Shown piece after piece: positions 8,992 through 18,000 of a stretch of 52,287 nt of DNA. The stretch lies in the IMG/VR virus record IMGVR_UViG_3300025000_000023; one strand, 5' to 3'. Under the pieces are notes generated by a model that saw only the letters and a list, made by a program, of their open reading frames with translations, ran no database searches and was not told where the DNA came from. Every line of letters begins with the position of its first letter. Position 1 is the stretch's first letter. A program made the translations under genes and the position numbers. The stretch comes from a virus.

Positions 8992-9762
8992 CTAGTAAGA
9001 GTGCTCTGCTGTGATGGCCTTCTGCGCCGTTCCTGTGCCACCTTCAATGAGGCTGTAGTCCACGCTCTTCTGCTCAAGGAGCTTGCGCTGTTCGACCGCT
9101 TCGAGATACAGTTTCTCGTCCACGTAGCCTTTGAAGCTGTACGTCAACTGCCACCATGTCTGTTCCCCGTTGTCCACTTCCACGCTCTCAGCGGTGTACA
9201 CTTGGTGGTACGGAAGCGCACGTGTTCCATCTGCAAACCTGTTGGACAGCATCATGGAGTTGAGCTTCTTTGCATTCTTGATGTCTGCGGAGTCTGCTGA
9301 GAACACGACAACACCGTCAGCCTCATGTCCCTGAATGACCCAATAGAACATGTAGGTGTCTTGGAGCAGGTTGCCTTCACGTGTGACCCATTTGCCAAAC
9401 ACGGTCTTGTCCACAGCCTTCTGCTCGGCTTGCACTGGTGTGTGGTATCCAACGAATCCGCCACGGTTTGGTTTCCACTCGACAAAGATGTGCTCAAACT
9501 TCACGACCGTGAAGTCAACAATCTTTCCGTAGTTCTTGTGTGTGATTGTATTCACCAAGTCACCAATGGATGCACCTTCGATGTATTCATTTCTCTTTCT
9601 GCTGAGTTCAGGGCTCTGCGCATTGAGCACTTTGATGAACGGAATTGCCATGGTGTTGACGTTGAGGTCTTCAAATCCATGTGCCGAGTCTCCTGTGTTC
9701 AGGAATGCTGGTGCGCTCGTCTTCTTCAATTCAATGTCTGTTGCTTTCTTGTCATCTGCCAT
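8992..9762 (-). CDS. Hypothetical protein; positional candidate ssDNA-binding/annealing protein
   Basis: 256-aa ORF beside the exonuclease gene, with the RBS TAGGAGATACGAAG. The function is inferred from position only. Confidence 0.45.
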   Translation of the reverse strand: MADDKKATDIELKKTSAPAFLNTGDSAHGFEDLNVNTMAIPFIKVLNAQSPELSRKRNEYIEGASIGDLVNTITHKNYGKIVDFTVVKFEHIFVEWKPNRGGFVGYHTPVQAEQKAVDKTVFGKWVTREGNLLQDTYMFYWVIQGHEADGVVVFSADSADIKNAKKLNSMMLSNRFADGTRALPYHQVYTAESVEVDNGEQTWWQLTYSFKGYVDEKLYLEAVEQRKLLEQKSVDYSLIEGGTGTAQKAITAEHSY

Positions 9763-9773
9763 CTTCGTATCTC

Positions 9774-10364
9774 CTATTTAATCTTCGTCTTACTAAGTAA
9801 GAACACACTGCACCAATCTGGTAGCGATGAAACTGGAACATATTTGCCTGTTATGTATCCAACTTCCCTTTCTTCCCCTTCGACATCAAGACCACACAAC
9901 GTCTTGAAGAATTTCTTCAACGTTTGAGGATGCACGTTCCTGTCGGCACTGTATGGAACATCATTTTTGTCAAAGAACTCAAATATCTGTTTCAACAAAT
10001 CCGATGGAACACGGTCTACGGCGAACATCGTCTTGATGATGTCGTCCTCTTTACGTTCGGCAAGCCATTTGAAGAACGCCTCACGGTCTTTGATTGTTAC
10101 GTTTGCATCGTCCTTAATCTCCACAACCTTGCCATTTGAGAGCTTAATACGTGACAAACCTTTCGATTTCAGCAGGTTCGGTATCTCTTCCATAGAGACA
10201 CGCTTCAATGACTCTTCAGCCACTTTCAACTGCTGTTCCAAATAACTGACGGTCTCCTGCAACTCCAATTGTCTCTGCACGAGTTGATTGAGCACCGAGA
10301 GAGAGTCTCCACTGACAGCTTCAACTATCTCTTCATTCTTGAGAAACGATGGTCGTTCGTTCAT
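9774..10364 (-). CDS. Hypothetical coiled-coil protein
   Basis: AAGGAG lies 7 nt upstream of ATG 10364. The N-terminal half is a long Q/E/L-rich helix. Confidence 0.65.
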   Translation of the reverse strand: MNERPSFLKNEEIVEAVSGDSLSVLNQLVQRQLELQETVSYLEQQLKVAEESLKRVSMEEIPNLLKSKGLSRIKLSNGKVVEIKDDANVTIKDREAFFKWLAERKEDDIIKTMFAVDRVPSDLLKQIFEFFDKNDVPYSADRNVHPQTLKKFFKTLCGLDVEGEEREVGYITGKYVPVSSLPDWCSVFLLSKTKIK

Positions 10365-10375
10365 CCACACACTCC

Positions 10376-12016
10376 TTAATAATCTGCCTCTTCCGTATCC
10401 TTCAGCATGTCCTCAACCGACATGTCTTTGAAGTAATCATTCATGTCACGCCCACGTCCGATGTTCTCATGCACTTTCTCGTCCATGGTGTGCTTGTACA
10501 CGATGTCCTTGTATACACATGTTCCAATCATGCCATTGCGGTGCGACCTGTCCTCAGCCTGAAGCCTGTCCTCGACCTTGTACGTGTTGCTGTAGAAATA
10601 CTGCAACGTTGCGTGCTGGAAGTTGAGCCCGAAGCCACCTGTTGCGGTGTTCCCTATGAAGATGTCGTACTTGCCAGCTTTGAAGTCGTTCGCAATCTCA
10701 GCACGCTTCTCGGAATCCACACCACCATAGTACAGAGCGCAATTGTACGTCTTTGACAGAGCCTTGTGCACCGCTTGAAGCTCGGCAACAAACGCACACC
10801 ACACGATGACCTTTGTCGTCTCGAAATTGACCTCTTCCAAATCATCGAGCAACGCATTTATCTTTGCATTCTTGTCGGATATTGGCACAGCCACACGTTC
10901 TTCCTTGGCCTCGACATCATACGGAAAGAATCCACCACACACCTGCATGAGCCGTAGCGTGAGAGACATCTTGTTCGTGACAGTGAGTTCCTGCCCACGA
11001 TACTCGGCATACAGTTTCTCTTTCAGATTCTTGTACACAGTCTGCTGTTCCTCTGGCATATCAACAAAAACGGTCTCGTACACCTTCGGAGGCAGGTCTA
11101 GACAATCCGTCTTGAGCGCAACCATCGTGAGAGGCTCAATCAATTTCTTGAGCTGTTCAAGATTCTTGAACTTCTGGAAGGTGTCGTGGGTGTCGATGTA
11201 CTTCACGTTTGACTCTGACACACCGTGCATCGCACCTATGCGCTCATAATCCACCGCTGTAAGAACAGGCTCGTAGCCTCGTAGAGCTATGTCCTTCTTG
11301 TCCATCGCTATGTGATGCTTGACGATTGCGAACGTCTTCTCATCGATAAGAGTGTTGTACGGCTTGCCTGTTATCGGATTGGCAGAGCGCATCATGATTC
11401 CGAATCTGTGCTCAAACACAAAATAATTGCAGTCAAAGTAATTCTTCTTCAAGAACTCGAACTGTGACCACAGATTGAACGGCGATTTCGTGACAGGCGT
11501 TCCAGTGAGTATGCATCTGCATCCGTACTTTTGTAGCAGGTGTATGTTCTTGGAGCGCACGGCGTTTGGATTCTTGATACGTGTTGACTCATCCAGTATA
11601 ATCATGACACGGTTTGTCTTCACGAATGAAGCGACATACGGAATATGTGTCTTGGTCTGGAACGCTTCGACATTGATTGCGAACACTTTCAGAAATTCAA
11701 TCTTGTTTGATAGGAAGAATCTCAAAGAGTTTTCGTAGTAACGTCTATGCAGGTGTGAAGCCTTATATTTGACTGCTTTGTACGGCACGCCACAATGTAA
11801 TGGGAACTGCTCATCAATCCACTGCGTGTGTATGTTGTTTGGAGCTATCACCATGACTGCATCTATCTCTCCCTTCAAATATTTATGAACGGCTATGTCA
11901 ATGGCGGTCTTGCTCTTTCCTGTTCCCATGTCAAAGAAAAGCGCAAATGCGTCCATGTCTTTGAATTTGTCAAAGGCTTCCTGTTGATGCTTGTAGGGCT
12001 GTGTTTTAAATATCAT
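10376..12016 (-). CDS. SNF2-family helicase/ATPase
   Basis: Motifs seen: DMGTGKSKTAI (motif I), ILDESTRIKN (DExx), GGFGLNFQ and QAEDRSHRNG (motifs V-VI). Confidence 0.9.
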   Translation of the reverse strand: MIFKTQPYKHQQEAFDKFKDMDAFALFFDMGTGKSKTAIDIAVHKYLKGEIDAVMVIAPNNIHTQWIDEQFPLHCGVPYKAVKYKASHLHRRYYENSLRFFLSNKIEFLKVFAINVEAFQTKTHIPYVASFVKTNRVMIILDESTRIKNPNAVRSKNIHLLQKYGCRCILTGTPVTKSPFNLWSQFEFLKKNYFDCNYFVFEHRFGIMMRSANPITGKPYNTLIDEKTFAIVKHHIAMDKKDIALRGYEPVLTAVDYERIGAMHGVSESNVKYIDTHDTFQKFKNLEQLKKLIEPLTMVALKTDCLDLPPKVYETVFVDMPEEQQTVYKNLKEKLYAEYRGQELTVTNKMSLTLRLMQVCGGFFPYDVEAKEERVAVPISDKNAKINALLDDLEEVNFETTKVIVWCAFVAELQAVHKALSKTYNCALYYGGVDSEKRAEIANDFKAGKYDIFIGNTATGGFGLNFQHATLQYFYSNTYKVEDRLQAEDRSHRNGMIGTCVYKDIVYKHTMDEKVHENIGRGRDMNDYFKDMSVEDMLKDTEEADY

Positions 12017-12389
12017 TTTCTTCCATTGCTTCCTTCACAGTCTTGTAATGAATGCATGACAAACACTCGTGACCGCAATGCAGAACGACCCTCGTTCCAC
12101 AAAAGCCGACAGACGTGCATACAATCAACTCATCGTCCTGAAACTCGAAGTGAAACACTGCATCATCGTCACGTCCCTGCATCCTGAACGGATACTCATG
12201 GAGCTCAGACAACGGCACGAAAGGCTTGTCAAAAGCATACACAGCCTTCAGCTTCCTCAGCGAGTTTCCGTAGGTCAGCAACCTGCGTACCGTGGATACA
12301 CTGCGACCTATCAGGTTTGCAAAACCCTCGATTGTCACGCAATCTATACCTTCAAGTTCTGCAACTGGTATTCCGTGAACTTTCTTCAT
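12006..12389 (-). CDS. HTH DNA-binding protein with Cys/His-rich C-terminus
   Basis: IEGFANLIGRSVSTVRRLL is helix-turn-helix-like. The C-terminus carries the cluster CGTRVVLHCGHECLSCIH. An AAGGAG RBS is present and this is the first gene behind a strong promoter. Confidence 0.5.
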   Translation of the reverse strand: MKKVHGIPVAELEGIDCVTIEGFANLIGRSVSTVRRLLTYGNSLRKLKAVYAFDKPFVPLSELHEYPFRMQGRDDDAVFHFEFQDDELIVCTSVGFCGTRVVLHCGHECLSCIHYKTVKEAMEENDI

Positions 12390-12430
12390 TTCTATATCTC
12401 CTTACATTAAATGTAACTGGTATGCTTAAT

Positions 12431-12459
12431 ATAATAGCATATGTCTCAACTAAAGTCAA
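12431..12459 (-). promoter_or_regulatory. Sigma70-like promoter TTGACT-N17-TATTAT
   Basis: On the - strand the -35 is at 12454-12459 and the -10 at 12431-12436, with an exact 17-nt spacer. The promoter is bracketed by the inverted repeat AGCATATGT / ACATATGCT (12436-12444 / 12474-12482). Confidence 0.55.
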
Positions 12460-12538
12460 GTACTTTTATCAAAACATATGCTAGTTTTGACTCGTGACAT
12501 CACCCCTATGTACAGGAGCGAGCTCTGTATTGTGGCGT

Positions 12539-12715
12539 TCACCACCCACCATGTCCACCGTGGTCATTCGAATTTCCGCCCTTGCCCCTCTGTGTGTCGG
12601 GGAGCCCTTTCGTGAGCATGTGCACTGCATAGATGAACAGCACTACGAATGCGACAGGAAAGAACAGTATCCCCAACACAACCTTCACCCACAGTGGTAT
12701 CTCATTCTTTGTCAT
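12539..12715 (-). CDS. Small single-TM protein with Gly/His-rich tail
   Basis: From the internal ATG the product is MTKNEIPLWVKVVLGILFFPVAFVVLFIYAV...GGNSNDHGGHGGW. The start is uncertain; 12727 is the alternative. Confidence 0.35.
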   Translation of the reverse strand: MTKNEIPLWVKVVLGILFFPVAFVVLFIYAVHMLTKGLPDTQRGKGGNSNDHGGHGGW

Positions 12716-13118
12716 GCTCGGCCTCATATGGATATGCGTAACGCCACGATTCTCCGTGGTTGTCCACAAAAGGCCGTTCCCTTCTCGTGCTGAACCCTGC
12801 CAGTCGCTTGAGTCTGTCGATGTTCTGAGCATCCACGTGAACTGCAATCGTCTCAAGATGATTGCCGAGCCAGAACTGCTTCAACTCCATGCCATGTGCC
12901 TGTGTAGCAAGATGCAACACCTTGCTCTGGTCATAGTGCTCATGCTCTTCACATGGTCTGTCGAACGAGTAACCGCTACGTGACATGCGCCCATTGGCAT
13001 ACAGCTTGTTCACTGTGACCTCATGAAGCCCTGTATACTCAGCGACAGCTTCAGAACCGTACAGTGACGTCACATAAGTGCCATGCTTGTATATGTCCAT
13101 TTTCTTCTTGTTGTTCAT
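12702..13118 (-). CDS. Hypothetical protein with N-terminal HTH-like (NUMOD1-like) segment
   Basis: An AGGAG RBS is present. YGSEAVAEYTGLHEVTVNKLYANGRMSRSGYSF resembles small phage DNA-binding modules. Confidence 0.4.
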   Translation of the reverse strand: MNNKKKMDIYKHGTYVTSLYGSEAVAEYTGLHEVTVNKLYANGRMSRSGYSFDRPCEEHEHYDQSKVLHLATQAHGMELKQFWLGNHLETIAVHVDAQNIDRLKRLAGFSTRRERPFVDNHGESWRYAYPYEAEHDKE

Positions 13119-13127
13119 GGTGTACTC

Positions 13128-13313
13128 CTAATCAAATGGATACGCACGCTGTGCGGCCTTGTCCTCATCGACCTGCTCGGTGCAGTCAAAGCGACAACAG
13201 TTCATAGCACCTTCAAAATCGCTGAACACACCATCACACTGTGGGCATACATATATATGCTGTGAAGTGCTCTCAATGTATTCTTCCTTTTCTTCAACTG
13301 TCAAGAATCTCAT
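13128..13313 (-). CDS. Small zinc-ribbon protein
   Basis: CPQCDG...CCRFDC is present, and the start is coupled (ATGA overlap). Confidence 0.55.
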   Translation of the reverse strand: MRFLTVEEKEEYIESTSQHIYVCPQCDGVFSDFEGAMNCCRFDCTEQVDEDKAAQRAYPFD

Positions 13314-13567
13314 GAACTCCTCCTCTCGTCACGCTTTCGGTACAAGTCCATCTTTTCATCGGCTGGCTTGTCCGATGCGCACAGTTTCAAATGACGGACT
13401 TCACAGTGATGTGCCTTATCCAGCTTGCACATCCAGTTGTGTAGCCACGAATCGCTTGCACCTGCTGGATACACACCGAGCACTTCGTTGCAATCCACGC
13501 ACCGTATCTCCCAATATCCGTTTGCGAACTGCTTCTTCAGTCCTTCAAGCTTCTGACGCTTCGGCAT
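13310..13567 (-). CDS. Small Cys/His-rich protein
   Basis: CVDC...C...HHC...C pattern in an 85-aa ORF. Confidence 0.55.
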   Translation of the reverse strand: MPKRQKLEGLKKQFANGYWEIRCVDCNEVLGVYPAGASDSWLHNWMCKLDKAHHCEVRHLKLCASDKPADEKMDLYRKRDERRSS

Positions 13568-14162
13568 ACACAGTCTCCTTTAATATGTAGTCATACACGT
13601 TCGGAAAATACGGCTTTATCAATCTCAGCATGGAAGCCGCAAACCATCTCGTCTCACTCTGCGCATGAGGACTGACACGTTGCTTGCACATGCCGATGAA
13701 ATTGCGTAGGTCATACTGGATGTACACCGTGGTCATTGTGCCGAGCAACAGGACGTTGCGTGCATCTTCACGTGCGACACCAGCTTCAACCATATCATTG
13801 TACAGTGCAAGCGACTCAGCCTTCAACTTGTCAATCCTACTTGATATCTCAGGATTTCTTCGGCACTTCAAGGACACATATGCATCGGGTGGTGCATCGG
13901 TGTGGCGCAATGACCTCTCGTTGTAATGTGCCATGCGATGTCTCATCAACTGCCGTGCTACCGTGATTGGGCAGTGGAGCTCAAACGTGATGCTTCCAAA
14001 CTCCAACGGTGACAGGTGTCCCCATGACAGGAGCTTCTTCACGTCAGGGCCTGTTGCACTGTCACGTGACACACCTGCAATCTTGCTGATATCCTGTTCA
14101 TCGATATTGGATATGTATGCAAGTCTCACGTATCCATATCCATGACTGTCTATCTTATCCAT
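13545..14162 (-). CDS. thyX: Flavin-dependent thymidylate synthase ThyX
   Basis: The ThyX signature RHRMAHYNERSLR (RHRxxxxxxxS) is present and the size (205 aa) fits the family. Confidence 0.8.
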   Translation of the reverse strand: MDKIDSHGYGYVRLAYISNIDEQDISKIAGVSRDSATGPDVKKLLSWGHLSPLEFGSITFELHCPITVARQLMRHRMAHYNERSLRHTDAPPDAYVSLKCRRNPEISSRIDKLKAESLALYNDMVEAGVAREDARNVLLLGTMTTVYIQYDLRNFIGMCKQRVSPHAQSETRWFAASMLRLIKPYFPNVYDYILKETVYAEASEA

Positions 14163-14174
14163 TTGCAGTCTCCT

Positions 14175-14789
14175 TTAATATTTGCATACCACAATCTCTC
14201 CTTTGTATCTGCGTGCGTTTGTCCAAATTGTCACAGTGTACGGTTTTCGCTCGATAAACTTTACTTTGTGAAAATCGTCAACGCATATGAAGCCGCTGTT
14301 GTCAGGGCATAGACCTTCAAAAATTCTTTGATGCCATGTGTCCTCATCGTCTTCCTTGACCTCTATAATCTCACCATATTTTGGTGCCCACTCACGAAGT
14401 TCCAGCACTCCACCGTTCTTTTCAAAGCGTGCCTTGTCAACCTCGACCACATAGTCAGGATACGTCTTGAGCCCCTGCACATACTCAATGAACGTCTGCG
14501 TGCCACGTTTCTTCCTGTGCCATTCGACAAACAATGCATCGCACATGAGGTGCGCCAAGTGTGACAGGCCGGATTCAGGGTCGAGCTCTTCCTCTTCCAC
14601 GAAATACTTCACCCAATGTCGCATGATTGCATCTGCGTACGCACCGAAGTGCTGAACTTTCTTCCAATTGTCCATGGCGTACTTGGTCTTCGCACCATAC
14701 TCAAGCACCTTCACGACCTCTTCCAGAGCATCCATCGGAAGCAACGTCCACCGTGTCTTCCCTTTTGTTTCCTTGAATCCTTCGCTCAT
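14175..14789 (-). CDS. dATP/dGTP pyrophosphohydrolase-like (DUF5664 N-terminal domain) with unknown C-terminal domain
   Basis: KTRWTLLPMDALEEVVKVLEYGAKTKY..NW...AIMRHW...DPESGLSHLAHLMCDALF matches the DUF5664 pattern as I remember it. Confidence 0.65.
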   Translation of the reverse strand: MSEGFKETKGKTRWTLLPMDALEEVVKVLEYGAKTKYAMDNWKKVQHFGAYADAIMRHWVKYFVEEEELDPESGLSHLAHLMCDALFVEWHRKKRGTQTFIEYVQGLKTYPDYVVEVDKARFEKNGGVLELREWAPKYGEIIEVKEDDEDTWHQRIFEGLCPDNSGFICVDDFHKVKFIERKPYTVTIWTNARRYKGEIVVCKY

Positions 14790-15193
14790 TTTATAATCTC
14801 CTTGTCATGCACAGTGCCAACAAATTTGACATGCCTCTTCACGTTGTTAAGCCATGACATGTCACGCCAATTTGTGAATCCGCCTCTAGTCCTATGAAAC
14901 CTATCATTGCACACAAATTCACACAGAGAGCTTGAGTACTCAACTGTGTATTTTGTATTGTTATGCTCAAGGATATCACCTTCAAAAAATGTTGGTAGCC
15001 CGTCACACAAAATACCTACAGACTGTCCAATAGTTTTTTTAAGCACTTCATAGAATCCATAGCCAAAATCAACATCGTTTAAGTCACCTGTTACATAGGG
15101 ACAGATATAGAGCTTGTCATTCATTTTGAGAAGACTTCCGTATATCCATTCCTTTGTATCAGCACGCTGTCCTCTGAATATCACATCGTGCAT
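14786..15193 (-). CDS. YopX-like protein
   Basis: From the internal ATG at 15193 the product reads FRGQRADTKEWIYGSL...TIGQSVGILCDG..FEGDIL...FVGTVHD, a YopX-like pattern. The longer track ORF overlaps the upstream gene. Confidence 0.6.
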   Translation of the reverse strand: MHDVIFRGQRADTKEWIYGSLLKMNDKLYICPYVTGDLNDVDFGYGFYEVLKKTIGQSVGILCDGLPTFFEGDILEHNNTKYTVEYSSSLCEFVCNDRFHRTRGGFTNWRDMSWLNNVKRHVKFVGTVHDKEIIK

Positions 15194-15194
15194 G

Positions 15195-15497
15195 CTACGC
15201 TCCTTTTTCTGGTGTCGGGCATGGCGTGACGACCGCTTCCACCTCGACCTCGGTGTCGTCACCATCGGTAGCCACATCGTCAAACTCAAGGTCTGAGTCC
15301 GTGACGAGCGTGTTCTCAATCTTGAGATTGTACATGGTCTGCATCGGTATGAATATCTCGATGCTCGATGCATCACCGTACAATTTCCTCAGCATGCGGA
15401 GGTCAAGCTTGACCTTCACCCTCTGCACGTTCACGGATGTCTCCAAGCTCGCCTTGAAGCACGAGCCTTCAAATTCTTTCACTGGCATTATAGCCAT
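15195..15497 (-). CDS. Hypothetical protein with acidic C-terminus
   Basis: AAGGAG lies 6 nt upstream of ATG 15497. Confidence 0.5.
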   Translation of the reverse strand: MAIMPVKEFEGSCFKASLETSVNVQRVKVKLDLRMLRKLYGDASSIEIFIPMQTMYNLKIENTLVTDSDLEFDDVATDGDDTEVEVEAVVTPCPTPEKGA

Positions 15498-15604
15498 ACA
15501 TTGCTCCTTAAGTGGCGCACGGCACTCAACGAATGACGTGCACCGTGTATAATGACCCATGCAACGCATGAGAGGGCAAACATAGATACAACGTGCGTGA
15601 GGAC

Positions 15605-17044
15605 TCACACCATTGCGAATCTTCCATTGGTGAGGTCAGCGACCGTACCTTTGACCGAAACCTTCTTGTCATAGTACGGCATGAGCTTCTCCATACCGAC
15701 ATGACAGCAATCCATGTGCTTCAGGACTGCGTTGCACGTTGCAGAGAACTCCTCAAAGCTCCCACCGTCCCAATTGCACAGTGCATCGAGCTCACGTTGC
15801 TTCTGCTCCTTTTCTTCAGCCTCAAGCTCCGCAATGCGTGCACGGTACTTCGTCACAAGGTCAGCAATTGTATCATAGTCACGCCCGAAGAGTGCATTGC
15901 GCATGAAAGGTGGCGTTGTCCCGCTGTTCCCATTGTCTGCAATGTACACCATGTCTTCCAGCGCATCGGCCATGTCACACAAGTCTGGAAGCTCACGTAC
16001 TACTGTCGTATCAAGACTGAGCCCCTTCATGGTTCTCAGGTATTTCTGCCCGATTTCATACAATCTCGGCACGCTCCTGTCCTTCTGGATAATCATCCGG
16101 CGCAGTGCGCTTTCCTTCTCATTGAAAGTCTCACGCATCTTGTCCATCTCCTGTGCTTGATCATGCTTCTCATGCCGTAATGCATTAAGTTCAAGCTCCA
16201 AGCGATTCACGTCACCCACCGTTCTCTTTGAACGTCTCTTGTCAGTCACCTCGTCCCTCCATATCATCTGAGCATTCTTGTTCATTCCTTCATCCTTCCT
16301 TTGCACGCTTTGTGCATCCAGTATAGTTTGCTTTATGCCATCAAAAGACGGCTTTAGTCCAGTGCCAATCCAGCCTGTAAGAACATGTGGTTCACTGAGT
16401 GTCCCGTTGTACAGTCTAGTGCATTCACCAGTCCTTTTGTTCAAAAGGAAGCCATATAATGAGAATTGTTTGACTCGCTGTGTCTGCGCTTCCAAATTGA
16501 AAATGTCAGGATTCTCCAATGCACACACACGTGCTTCAAAAGCACCAAATTGTATATTGCCTATTCTTTTCAGCATCTCACGGTAGGTGACTGGCTCTAT
16601 TGATGCACATTCATTGAATACACCAGTGAACACGTTCTCCTTCAACATCCTCCACCTCTCAAACTCACCAATCTCCTTGGCATATCTTGAGGCACTGCCT
16701 AGACGTGAATGCACTATGAACCATTGTGCCAAGCTTGGTAAACCAACGTACTCACCATGTGAGCCTAGCCAGCACTCCTTTGAACCTATCCAACACTCAT
16801 GTAGCTTTTTGTATGCCATTGTTCCATTGTACTTGCTTAGAATGCCTAGCACATGCATCTCTTGCTCTGCTGTTACAGTGTTCTCAAACATACCAGTGCT
16901 TCCATGACTCCAATCACCTTCAAGTTCCTTCTTCAAGGCAGACATATCGTGTGACATGTCACGTGCAGCCTCACCACTCTTTTTTATAAAGTCTTGCAAC
17001 GTACGTGCACCATCACAAAGCTCTTTAAACGTACACTGTTTCAT
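15605..17044 (-). CDS. Large hypothetical early protein (479 aa) with central coiled coil
   Basis: AAGGAG lies 5 nt upstream of ATG 17044. I recognised no motif. Confidence 0.7.
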   Translation of the reverse strand: MKQCTFKELCDGARTLQDFIKKSGEAARDMSHDMSALKKELEGDWSHGSTGMFENTVTAEQEMHVLGILSKYNGTMAYKKLHECWIGSKECWLGSHGEYVGLPSLAQWFIVHSRLGSASRYAKEIGEFERWRMLKENVFTGVFNECASIEPVTYREMLKRIGNIQFGAFEARVCALENPDIFNLEAQTQRVKQFSLYGFLLNKRTGECTRLYNGTLSEPHVLTGWIGTGLKPSFDGIKQTILDAQSVQRKDEGMNKNAQMIWRDEVTDKRRSKRTVGDVNRLELELNALRHEKHDQAQEMDKMRETFNEKESALRRMIIQKDRSVPRLYEIGQKYLRTMKGLSLDTTVVRELPDLCDMADALEDMVYIADNGNSGTTPPFMRNALFGRDYDTIADLVTKYRARIAELEAEEKEQKQRELDALCNWDGGSFEEFSATCNAVLKHMDCCHVGMEKLMPYYDKKVSVKGTVADLTNGRFAMV

Positions 17045-17054
17045 AGCATCTCCT

Positions 17055-17306
17055 TCATGAGTCATACAATACATAGCCTCTTCCACACAAGTAGCCATTC
17101 TCGTGTATGCCGTAATCAGTACGCACGAGCTTCCGTGCTTTCAGTTCCTTCATGACTTTTGTAAGCAAACGTCTAGTGTCTTTGTTGACAGGCAACAGAA
17201 GCTCATTTAGGATTGTCTTTTTCGTTGCAATGTAGTTGTCCTCGGAGTACTGTTTCACGATGTTCATTACACTGTCATACTCAATCTTATTCTCAACTAC
17301 CACCAT
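17055..17306 (-). CDS. Small hypothetical protein (winged-helix-like composition)
   Basis: ATG 17306 lies behind a GAGAGGTGAG RBS; the product is 83 aa. Confidence 0.45.
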   Translation of the reverse strand: MVVVENKIEYDSVMNIVKQYSEDNYIATKKTILNELLLPVNKDTRRLLTKVMKELKARKLVRTDYGIHENGYLCGRGYVLYDS

Positions 17307-17457
17307 GTTTCTCACCTCTCTTCTCCCTGCCCTTCACGGTCAGGTCAACGTCTGTTGTGAATCCAAAGCAACCTTTGTGCGATGCACGCTTCTTCGTGTA
17401 CATCGCTAGGTGCTTTCCCAAGCTCTTCCGATATCCAGCCCTGTTCAATTCTGTCAT
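17293..17457 (-). CDS. Possible small basic protein (54 aa)
   Basis: The ATG overlaps the upstream stop (ATGA) and a GGAGCAAGC RBS precedes it. It is below the ORF-track length cutoff; I translated it by hand. Confidence 0.3.
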   Translation of the reverse strand: MTELNRAGYRKSLGKHLAMYTKKRASHKGCFGFTTDVDLTVKGREKRGEKHGGS

Positions 17458-17711
17458 GCTTGCTCCTTTGGACGCTCGTCCACAAACGTATCAAAAGTCA
17501 AATGCTTTTTGCACAGTGACAAATCAGTTCTCCCTGTTTCTTTGTACTTGCCTGTATCAAAGTCGTAGTCAGATTCAGTCTCTGGCTCACCAAACAACGG
17601 ACACCAATCTCCACAAGCCTCACTTCCTTGACCGTTAGGACACCCTTGCTTTTTCATCTTCACTACACGTTTGATGTGTAAATATCCCTTTTCATCAATC
17701 TTCCCTTCCAT
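17454..17711 (-). CDS. Hypothetical protein
   Basis: AAGGAG lies 7 nt upstream of ATG 17711. Confidence 0.5.
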   Translation of the reverse strand: MEGKIDEKGYLHIKRVVKMKKQGCPNGQGSEACGDWCPLFGEPETESDYDFDTGKYKETGRTDLSLCKKHLTFDTFVDERPKEQA

Positions 17712-17862
17712 CTTCACGCTCCTTCACCAATGCAAGTACAACCTTGCATAGTGTAGCTATCATTAAGTCAACTGTGCTGATAATGTATGCGCCTTTGTTT
17801 CTTTCAGCATTCTCATACGCCTCCACAGCATCCTCAAGTATGCTTATGTCTCTAGTCTCCAT
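17704..17862 (-). CDS. Possible small protein (52 aa)
   Basis: The RBS is GGAGGATTACA-ATG. Hand translation gives METRDISILEDAVEAYENAERNKG... Confidence 0.35.
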
Positions 17863-17998
17863 TGTAATCCTCCACCCTTACCGTGCTCATACAGCAGGGA
17901 CATGTGACACACAAAGCGTGGTCACTCCAACGTTCAAACGTGTCCTCTTCATCATAGTAGAAGTCGCTTCCACATTCAATACAGCTTGCTACTGGCAT
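17858..17998 (-). CDS. Possible small zinc-ribbon protein (46 aa)
   Basis: The RBS is GGGAGGTGTGAGG-ATG. The product is MPVASCIECGS...CVTCPCC, with two Cys pairs. Confidence 0.4.
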
Positions 17999-18000
17999 CC

